DNA from: Selaginella moellendorffii
Lineage: Eukaryota > Plantae > Lycopodiophyta
Direction: 5' to 3'
Assembly (NCBI RefSeq): GCF_000143415.4
Contig: NW_003314306.1
Coordinates: 1,058,815-1,122,814, forward strand
DNA length: 64,000 nt
The position numbers and the translations under genes were made by a program. A model generated the notes under the pieces. That model was not told the origin of the DNA and ran no database searches. It worked only from the letters and a program-made list of their open reading frames with translations. The number at the start of each line of letters is the position of its first letter. The first letter of the stretch is position 1. Below are positions 48,820-59,110 of the stretch, in pieces.

Positions 48820-51557
48820 TCTATCATAAGAAGGAGGGAGTGCCGAACTTTCTGGGCTGCCGGATCCAGCCAATGGCAGCCGTCCAATGGGGGGTAATTG
48901 TAAAAGAATTATTACTTTAACCATGTCTTAGCGAATAATCATGCTAATGTTTGCTCCTAGTCAATAGGAGGTGACCAAATTGCATAGGGCGAGAGAAGAA
49001 GATGCTATAACATATGCAAATGTGTTAATCATGACTACACCTGTCATCTGTCCTGTTGAGTGAAAAATTATCTTTTTTCTAAGTTTACCTCTCCATGGCC
49101 AATGCAATAGATTGCTCCATGTGAGAAAATGAAAGGAATATCAAAGCCAATCTCCACAAACCATTCTTGTAGATTTGCTTCACTAGTTTGTGGCCCAGAG
49201 AGCAATGGTGGCATTACCACTGCCACCTCCAAGGCTAGCACCACTTGGAACTCTTTTGTCCAAGTGAACCTTAAGAAGAAAAACTAAATACTTTGATAAG
49301 GAAAGTTTATTGAGAGCTTACCCAAAAGTATGTGTTGCTCCCAATCTTCTTTCTATACAGATCTAGAGCTTTGATCACCTTGCAAAAGAATCACACAAAC
49401 ATTTTGTAAATCCTCGGAAACAAATGAATGGATAGGTTTGAGTCGTCGAGTGGGATTCCAAACACATTTGCTGTAAGTGAGTCTTTCTTTTTAGAAGGAG
49501 AGACTGAAAACTTTAAAGTATCTCCCAGGCTAATCACCTGAGTGAAAAGTTTCTTGAGAAACTAGAACAAGAAAAAAAAAACCCAGAAGCTTACATGAAA
49601 GACAGATGCTAAATCATGGTAGCCATCAGGCCTCTTGCTCGTGATTCCCAAGAAAGCATTGATCTGGTTATTAAGTTCTTTAGCTCTATCCAACAAGAAA
49701 ACTTTGGGAAAACTATACATACCTTGGATGGCGAAAACAATGTAAGATTTCGAGCAAAACCACCCAAGCTTTGGAGCTCCTTGGTGAGCTCTTCATACCT
49801 CCCGACAAAAACTCCAAAAACTGTACAACTCAGAGAACTCTATCTCTATCTCAAGACCTTTACCTCAAGTTTTTTGGAGCCCGACGACTCCATAGCTCTC
49901 AAGCAGCTCCTTCTCCTGCATTTAGGCCCTCAAAACAAAGCAAAACTGCCTATCAAATTGCTCGCTGGATCAGCAAAATGGAGTGATGGACTTGCCATAA
50001 ATTCTCTCTCCAATTTTCAGCTCGATTTTTATCTAGGAGCTGCAATGGGCATGATGAGGAAGAAACAAGACAAAGGAGAAGAAAAAAGATACACTCATAT
50101 GGACCTATCGAGTGTGTTTTTGAGATGGAAGTTGCACATAAAAAAAACATGGTTAGTTATATATCAACTTCTCTTTTCTTTTCTTTGGTTATGCTGATAA
50201 ATTAAATATTTTCTATGCAGCTGAGCTATGATGATAAGACCATACCTATTCCTTTCAATAAGATGCATTCTTAAGTGGGCAAATGAGTCCTGCTGTCTAT
50301 GGTTCTTTGCAAAACTTTCAAAAGATTTTAAGTTCTACAACATCTATGGCAGTTCATGCAAAACTCCATTCCACATCTGGTATGTGTTCTTTGTTCTTGA
50401 TAGCCAACTTTCATTAGCAACTTTTTTTCCATTGTTTCCAGCTACGGGAGTGAAAAAATGCCTCATAGTTGAGCTCAAGGTAATGCAGGGGTTCTTTCTT
50501 CATGCTTACTGAAAGAAACCTTGGACTTCGCAAGCTGATTTCAAGTATGTGGATGGAGATGGCATGGTACCATCCAAGTCTTCCAAGGTAGCCCTCTATT
50601 TCTATCACCCGGTTCTGAACTCTGCTTTCTTCATCAAAGACATCCTGGAGATCAAAGATGAAGAGAAGTAGTTTGTGGTTCACACTGCACTGCACAAGTC
50701 TGAGGAAGTGATTGAGAAACAAGCATGCTTTTGTCTCAGCAACACAGCCATCTCCCACAAGAACAGCACATGAGATGCAAACTCCAAGGACAGCCAAGAC
50801 TACAACAGTGGTAGCAAGAGCAAGGACAACACTAAAAACTCAGTAGTGTTCACCATCAACACTGAGGATGCTAGAGCTCAAGCTCACAGTAGAGTCACAC
50901 CTCAGCATTTCTGCCACCGGTGTTGCAGAAGGAAGTGATTGAGAAAAGGCCACCATCGCAGTGGAGAAAGCTACAGCGCCAAGCTCATAACACTGTACAA
51001 TATGTAAAAATATGGATTTAAATTCTGTCAAAGTGATGTTCATGTCTTCTTTCCGAAGGTTTAGGCAGCTTCTAGGTTGAGATAATTTGCTCCAATTGGA
51101 AATAGGTATCATGCTTCCATCTTGTGGAAGTAAAAAAAATCTCACCAAAAGTTTTTCCTTTGTTATTCAACAAGAAAAGAAAAACAAAACATCACATAAC
51201 ACAATGATTAGTATGGTGCATTGCATCAGTTTTAGCACTATGGGCATCTTCTTCTCAAACTCTTCAACTCAGTGTTTTTTCTTCCTGTTTTCGTTTTTTT
51301 CCTGATTTGATTTTCGAGATACTTTGTGGTGTCTTTTCACTTTCTTATGCTTTGAACTTAACAATTTTATTTTCTTTTCTGGTTTTTCCTTCTGCAAGAT
51401 AAATACTGGCAAGGAAACCATGATGCTCAAATCTCAAAGCTATAATACTTGTGACATAAAACTCTTTGGCCAATGTATTTGTCTTTTGGCTCAGATTTAA
51501 AGTTTTTTGAAAACTTCACCTTGCCAACCCACCAGCTTTTTGCTGGGCAATTCCTAG
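48820..51557 (+). mobile_element. Non-autonomous Helitron (2.7 kb) with captured gene fragments
   Basis: AACA|TCTATCATAAG ... hairpin CCAGC-TTTTT-GCTGG then CAATTCCTAG|TATTG. Inserted at an AT dinucleotide without TSD; empty site AACGAACA|TATTGTATT at 59041/59042. Confidence 0.92.
50221..50600 (+). pseudogene. Captured LCAT3/4-like (phospholipase A/acyltransferase) fragment
   Basis: IPFNKCILKWANES...KFYNIYGSSCKTPF and FKYVDGDGMVPSKS. Confidence 0.75.
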
Positions 51558-51618
51558 TATTGTATTAAAAACTTTGATTTACTGAGAAATTTATATTGTA
51601 AGTATATATATAGAAGCT

Positions 51619-54010
51619 TCATCGTGCATCCTCGTAGTCCACTTGAACAACAAACTGGCGCATCTTCCCAAATACTGCATTTCTTTTCCCATAGACTCCA
51701 TCTTTATTATTCTTGTATTGCTGCCATCCAGTTCTTTGAAACGTCTCTCTTGGAACACATGACCACAACCTGTAGCTTGATCTCTTCAACGCAGCATCCA
51801 CCATTTCTAAGCCACTCGCTTTAAAGCCGTGTTTTCCATCCAGATCCAGTCTCTTGAAGACCTGAATGAGAATGTCTTTATCCATAGCAGAATCAATGCT
51901 CGGAAAGACTTCAGAAGTTGGTTTCACATACTTGCCCATCCCCATCTTTCCTCGAAACTCACCAGCAGAACTTGCCTCTAGCATGATATGAGGTCCAATA
52001 TGATGGGAAGTCTCAGGACCGGAGCTTCCATCAGCGTAAACTGGCTTGATAACAAAATCACCACCCTTCAACAGCAGCCTATGCACAAGAGGTTCATAAA
52101 GCCTCCCCCACAAAGCCCCCACCCAAGAGCAGCTGAATGTTTCTTTCAGAAATTCCACCACACGTACAGCTCCAGCAAGCAGATACTGATTCCCAAGCTC
52201 TGTCATCAAAGCCTCGCTTGCAAATTGATATGTCTTTTCGCTGTGGTCCTCAGTTGCCACAATGTGCAGAATCCAGTCGCTGACGTTTTTCACGTACCGT
52301 CCTGACAAAACCCTGCCCGCTTTGGATAAACTTGATCCGAACAACACAACCGCAGTCTTGGCCATGGCCTTCCCCTCATCCAGCTTTCTTGCACGCAGTA
52401 CATACCTAGGAACTCCACCCAAATAATCGAAGTTGTCAAGCCCTTCCTTTCTGTCCACCACATTCATGTTCCCGTAACTAGTTCGGTAAGGCTCAAAGTC
52501 GTCAAGGAATTTCCCAATCTCCTCCCTGGACCACACCGACATATAAAGCATGCAACAAAGCCCCCCCTTGCCAAACTCATTGTAGTTTTTCTCCCTAGAT
52601 GAGGGAACCAAAAGAACTCGACATCTGCGAGGGAAAGGCGTCTTCTGCTTCTCATTTATCACTAGCCACATCGACGGATCGTCCAGCATTTCGCATATAA
52701 TTTGGTCACTCACGTCATAACGACCTTCAGCACACCGCCTTCGCAAATTCAGGATGTAGACAAACTTCCCATCCTTGTATAGCACCTTTTCATGCCCCAT
52801 TTGGCCCAGCCTAATAATCCAGTGGTAGCCAAAGAACGTTTTCCCTATCCCTGCAGTGCCTAGGACGATGAAAGAAGTGAAGTTGTTGAGCCGCTCCACG
52901 ATTTTTGATTCTAGACTCGCATACGCCTTTCGTTTCCATAGCAGGAAAGGTTGGCCATAATCATCGCTATCTAGAATCCAGAATTTAGAATCTGGAGTAT
53001 CAGTAGCCCTTACAAGGGCCGCCACACCAGCTGGTACACCTGAAGCAAGATACGAATGCACGGATCAGACAAGAACTGCTACAAGCAGGCAAATACCGCT
53101 CTGTGAGAACTGAGCAAACTCTAGTGTGAGGCAGGAAAACTTCAAACGACGGCAAAACAGTCATCCCAGAGGGAAGAGCTCTAAGCCGAGGAAGACACAG
53201 ACAGAACGCAAGGGGCCACATACCAAGCAGATGGTCATGAATTCAATTACAACCACAAGCCAGACACAAGCACCCAAGAGCAAATCCAACAGCGACACCA
53301 TCAGAAGCAAGACCTTGCGCCCGATTTAATGGCGCACCAGGAATACCAAGAACTGGACAAAAAATGGGACTTTCAACATCACAGATCAAAGAGAAAACAA
53401 GGGGGATATGCAAGGAAACAAAGGGCTTTCACAATTGCTTACCAAATCGGCGGATTCCATGGGGCACTGCAACATTCAGAACATAACAAAGTTAGTATTA
53501 TCAATAGAAAACATGGCCAGAATCGAGGGTCTCAACAGCCATAGCCATACAAGGATGACCAAGGATCCACAAGGGAGTATGCGTCCGCCAGCAGCAAAGC
53601 CAAAAGCCACCATAGCCACACTTCCGGCAACCCAAAATAAAAGCGAATTGAAGCTACCTCTACACAGCAAAACGCCGCAAATCGAGGGGGAAAGCTAAAT
53701 ACTTACCATTACTTCTGAGGAGGAGGAGGTTTTCCTCCCGCAGCTGTTCTTCCTCCTTCCGCAGCCGCTCTTTCTCATTCCGCAGCTGCTCTTCCTTCTT
53801 CCGCCAATATTTTGCCAGAGATCGATTGCCACTCTGAAGGGCAGAGAGAAAAGATTCCCCAGCCGCTTGGATCTGCGGCTCAAGAAGCCCGATTTGAGCT
53901 TCCACCTTAGCCAATTCCTCGTCCATTTGGCTAGCTGAAACCCTATCTTGAAACCATCTTATATGGAGGCAGTGGCGCCCTAGAAACGTCAGGGACCGCA
54001 TGATCTTCAT
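51619..54010 (-). CDS. Crinkler/CR-type protein copy 2: coiled-coil header + P-loop NTPase + REase-fold nuclease (~574 aa, open)
   Basis: Exon 1 53707-54010 (phase 1) plus exon 2 51619-53039 are in frame. YWRKKEEQLR repeats; Walker A GTAGIGKT; GGVPRY; GRLYEPLVH...PTSEVFPSIDS...LIQV...KHGFK. Confidence 0.85.
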
Positions 54011-54141
54011 CCGACGGCCTGGTGTTTTAGACCACTAATTCAATTATAAACACAGGTTTTGTTTGTTTAAGCGGCTTCTATTTTACAGTTTTGTACGAAC
54101 TTATCTATTGCTTGCTCCTTGGTGGAGTGTGCTAGGGCAGA

Positions 54142-54600
54142 ATGGAGGTGGAGCGAGTGGTGGTGGACGTGCAGCATGCGTTGGAGAGCTTGGTGCGCAG
54201 GATCTTGGCCATGGTAAGCAGCAGCAACACAATGTGGGCATTCACCTTCTTGGATTCGCTCGCATCTGGGGCGTCGACGAGTGTGCTGGGGAGAGCTGGG
54301 ACGGTGCTGTTCGCGTCGGCGAGAAACGAGCGTAGCATCAAGGCATTCCGGGATTGCGTGGACAAGCTATTACTGGGAGATGCTCAGGAAGATCACGCTG
54401 CTGCTGCTCCTCGCCATGGCTGGGCATTCCACATCGGCCAAAGTATGACTGATGTTGTGCGGGAGAATTTTGAGGACAGAGAGACGTATTAGAAATGGCT
54501 TTTCAAGGAACCTGACGAACGATTTGAGGCTTTTCTCGAGTACGTGGAGAAAGAGGAAGAAAAGGTGCGTGGTTTTTTCCTTCCCTTTGCAGAGCGGTAA
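54142..54600 (+). pseudogene. Partner gene copy 2 (premature TAG; last exon removed by inversion)
   Basis: Homologous to 57809-58282; stop at 54490-54492. Confidence 0.75.
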
Positions 54601-54607
54601 CCGTGAC

Positions 54608-55218
54608 ATTCTGTTTTTTTATATATATACTTACAATATAAATTTCTCAGTAAATCAAAGTTTTTAATACAATATGTTCGTTATTCTAATAATATATACT
54701 ACTCATTTAAGTTATTTTTAAAACTGGTGTTGATTAGCATTTGATAAAATATTCAAATGAATCCAAGTGTAACAACTTAAATTGAAGTATAACTGCTGAT
54801 GAGGATAATTTAAATACCACGCTAATCACCCTCTCCAGCGCAATCATGAGCATAGCACAGCACCTGCCTTCTTCCTTGTGGTGGGCGCTATATGTCTTAT
54901 ATATCTAGCAAGGAATTTGTAAAGGCTTTGCCATCAGCCTAATGCACTTTTTGTATTAGATTAGTAAAATGGCAAACACAGTATAGCATTATTTTGATAA
55001 GCTTTAAAGCACATAATCAAAGTGATTGAAGTCTAGTTAATGAGAAGTAAACTAAGAGTTTATGAATGACTTTTTGCTTTGTACATGCTTCCCTGGATTC
55101 AGCAGACTATGTTTTTAGCGCAGTCTTTGCTGCTACAAGTCTTGGCAACTTGCGAGATGTGATCGTGCCGTAAATTTCTTGTTTCGTTCGTCCGAGAAAC
55201 TATTTCTGAAGCTGTAAA
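54608..55218 (-). repeat. Inverted copy of the inter-module spacer and partner last exon
   Basis: Reverse complement of ~58325-59107 (and 48085-48819), with internal deletions. Confidence 0.9.
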
Positions 55219-57650
55219 GGTACGCTTGCTTCGTTTTCTTTTCATTCTCCGGAGCTTGATCTTTGGACTCTTCTTCCATCCTTTTGCAATTTGTGCATCC
55301 TCGTAGTCCACTTGAACAACAAACTGGCGCCTCTTCCCAAATACTGCATTTCTTTTCCCATAGACTCCATCTTTATTATTCTTGTATTGCTGCCATCCTG
55401 TTCCTGGAAACGTCTCTTTCGGAACACACGACCACAACCTGTAGCTTGATCTCTTCAACGCAGCATCCACCATTTCTAAGTCACTCGCTTTAAAGCCGTG
55501 TTTTCCATCCAGTCTCTTGAAGACCTGAATGAGAATGTCTTTATCCATAGCAGAATCAATGCTCGGAAAGACTTCAGAAGTTGGTTTCACATACTTGCCC
55601 ATCCCTATCTTTCCTTGAAACTCACCAGCAGAACTTGCCTCTAGCATGATATGAGGTCCAATATGATGGGAAGTCTCAGGACCGGAGCTTCCATCAGCGT
55701 AAACTGGCTTGATAACAAAATCACCACCCTTCAACAGCAGCCTATGCACAAGAGGTTCATAAAGCCTCCCCCACAAAGCCCCCACCCAAGAGCAGCTGAA
55801 TGTTTCTTTCAGAAATTCCACCACACGCACAGGTCCAGCAAGCAGATACTGATTCCCAAGCTCTGTTATCAAAGCCTCGCTTGCAAACTGATATGTCTTT
55901 TCGCCGTGGTCCTCAGTTGCCACAATGTGCAGAATCCAGTCGCTGACGTCTTCCACGTACCCTCCTGACAAAACCGTGCCCGCTCTGGATACACTTGTTC
56001 CGAACAACACAACCGCAGTCTTGGCCATGGCCTTCCCCTCATTCAGCTTTGTTGCACGCAGTACATACCTAGGAACTCCACCCAAATAATCGAAGTTGTC
56101 AAACCCTTCCTTTCTGTCCACCACATTCATGTTCCCGTAACTAGTTCGGTAAGGCTCAAAGTCGTCAAGGAATTTCCCAATCTCCTCCCTAGACCACACC
56201 GACATATAAAGCATGCAACAAAGCCCCCCCTTGCCAAACTCATTGTAGTTTTTCTCCCTAGATGAGGGAACCAAAAGAACTCGACATCTGCGAGGGAAAG
56301 GCGTCTTCTGCTTCTCATTTATCACTAGCCACATCGACGGATCGTCCAGCATTTCGCATATAATTTGGTCACTCACGTCATAACGACCTTCAGCACACCG
56401 CCTTCGCAAATTCAGGATGTAGACAAACTTCCCATCCTTGTATAGCACCTTTTCATGCCCCATTTGGCCCAGCCTAATAATCCAGTGGTAGCCAAAGAAC
56501 GTTTTCCCTATCCCTGCAGTGCCTAGGACGATGAAAGAAGTGAAGTTGTTGAGCCGCTCCACGATTTTTGATTCTAGACTCGCATACGCCTTTCGTTTCC
56601 AAAGCAGGAAAGGTTGGCCATAATCTCCCAGTGCATCGCTATCTAGAATCCAGAATTTAGAATCTGGAGTGTCAGTAGCCCTTGCAAGGGCCGCCACACC
56701 AGCTGGTACACCTGAAGCAAGATACGAATGCACGGATCAGACAAGAACTGCTACAAGCAGGCAGATACCGCTCTGTGAGGAGAACTGAGCAAACTCTAGT
56801 GTGAGGCAGGAAAACTTCAAACGACGGCAAAACAGTCATCCCAGAGGGAAGAGCTCTAAGCCGAAGAAGACACAGACAGTATTAATAGAACGCAAGGGGC
56901 CACATACCAAGCAGATGCCATGAATTCAATTACAACCACAAGCCAGACACAAGCACCCAAGACCAAATCCAACAGCGACACCATCAGAAGCAAGACCTTG
57001 TGCCCGATTTCATGGCGCACCAGGAATACCAAGAACTGGACAAAAAATGGGACTTTCAACATCACAGATCAAAGAGAAAACAAGGGGGATATGCAAGGAA
57101 ACAAAGGGCTTTCACAATTGCTTACCAGATCCGTGGATTCCATGGGGCACTGCAACATTCAGAACATAACAAAGTTGGTATTAGATCTGGAAGAAAAACT
57201 ATCAATAGAAAACATGGCCAGAATCAAGGGTCTCAACAGCCATAGCCATACAAGGATGACCAAGGATCCACAAGGGAGTATGCGTCCGCCAGCAGCATAG
57301 CCCCACGACACCAGCAAAACGCCCCAAATCGACACAAAGAATGACTTACCATTACTTCTGAGGAGGAGGAGGTTTTCCTCCCGCAGCCGTTCCCGTTCTT
57401 CCTTCTTCCGCAGCTGCCCTTCCTCCTTCCGCAGCTGCGCTTTCTTTTTTTCCGCCAGACATTGATTGCCACTCTGAAGGGCAGAGAAATCGCGCTTCTT
57501 GAGCCGCAGATCCAAGCGGCTGGGGAATCTTTTCTCAGCCTGCACCTTAGCCAATTCCGCGTCCATTTTGCTAGCTGAAACCCTATCTTGAAACCCTCTT
57601 ATAGGAAGGCAGTGGCGCCCTAGAATCGTCAGGGACCGCACGATCTTCAT
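55099..57650 (-). CDS. Crinkler/CR-type protein copy 3 (~637 aa, open) with a basic tail and chimeric C-terminus
   Basis: Exon 1 57350-57650 plus exon 2 55099-56711 are in frame; same NTPase/REase motifs as copy 2; tail KKSPKIKLRRMKRKRSKR followed by partner-derived TNETRNLRHDH...IVC*. Confidence 0.85.
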
Positions 57651-57808
57651 CCGACGGTCTGATGTTTTAGACCACTAACTCAATTATAAACAAAAGAGAC
57701 AAAAAGCGAAAACTCAGCCACACTTTTGTTTGTTTAAGCGGCTTCTATTTTACAGTTTTGTACGAAATTTTCTATTGCTTGCTCCTTGGTGGAGTATGCT
57801 AGGGCAGA

Positions 57809-58454
57809 ATGGAGGTGGAGCGAGTGGTGGTGGCGGCATTTGATCGGGCAAGTGCGCAGCTATGGCTGTGGTTTGAGAGCTTGGTGCGCAGGATCTTGGC
57901 CATGGTAAGCAGCAGCAACACAATGTGGGCATTCACCTTCTTGGATTCGCTCGCGTCTGGGGCGTCGACGAGTGTGCTGGGGAGAGCTGGGACGGCGCCG
58001 TTCGCGTCGGCGAGAAACGAGGATAGCATCAAGGCATTTCGGGATTGCGTGGACAAGCTATTACTGGGAGATGCTCAGGAAAATCATGCTGCTGCTGCGC
58101 CTCTCCAGGGCTGGGCATTCCACATCGGCCGAAGTATGACTGATGTTGCACGGGAGAATTTTGAGGACAGAGAGACGTATTACAAATGGCTTCTCAAGGA
58201 ACCTGACGAACGATTTGAGGCTTTTCTCGAGTACGTGGAGAAAGAGGAAGAAAAGGTGCGTGTTCCCTTTGCAGAGCGGTAATCGTGACACATATATAGT
58301 ATTTCAAATTGGTGTTTACACAATCTTACAGCTTCAGAAATCGTTTCTCGTAAAAGAACCGACGAACGAAACAAGAAATTTACGGCACGATCACACCTCG
58401 CAAGTCGCCAAGACTTGCAGCAGCAAAGACTGCGCTAAAACCATAGTCTGCTAG
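57809..58454 (+). CDS. Partner gene copy 3, open 2-exon ORF (~189 aa), unknown helical protein
   Basis: Exon 57809-58255, GT-AG intron, exon 58332-58454, phase 0 with no stops; divergent from CR copy 3, 158 bp between ATGs. Confidence 0.6.
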
Positions 58455-59110
58455 GGAAGCATGTACAAAGCAAACAGTCATTCATAAACTCTTAGTTTAC
58501 TTCTCATTAACTAGACTTCTTTTAAATCTTATCAAAATAATGCTATACTTTATTTGCCATTTTATTAATCTAATACAAAAAGTGCATTAGGCCAAAGCCT
58601 TCCACCAAACTCTTTTTTCTAAGGCTGAGAATTATAAATTTACAAATTCCTAAATCAATTGCTTTTCCAATTTACTAAGTGGATACGTGTGAAGCTTCTT
58701 TTATCAAGAAAATATTGTTAAGGCACATAATTCCGGAACACTTTAAGATATATAAGACAAATAGAGCCCACCACAAGGAAGAAGACAGGTGCTGTGCTAT
58801 GCTCATGATTGCGCTGGAGAGGATGATTAGCGTGGGTAATTTAATTTATCCTCATCAGCAGTTATACTTCGGTCAATTTAAGTTGTTACACTTGGATTCA
58901 TTTGAATATTTTATCAACTGCTAAATCATATAAATCTTTGCTCAAATATCTCAACTGTTATCAATTTATCTATTATTAATATCAAACATCGGTTTTAAAA
59001 AAAACTTAAATGAGTAGTATATATTATTAAAATAACGAACATATTGTATTAAAAACTTTGATTTACTGAGAAATTTATATTGTAAGTATATATATAAAAA
59101 AACAGAAGCT

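Noticed and set aside
51619-53061. CR P-loop ORFs as NB-ARC/NLR resistance genes
   Set aside because: No kinase-2 LLVLDDVW, GLPL or MHD motifs and no LRRs; the C-terminus fits an REase-like pattern.
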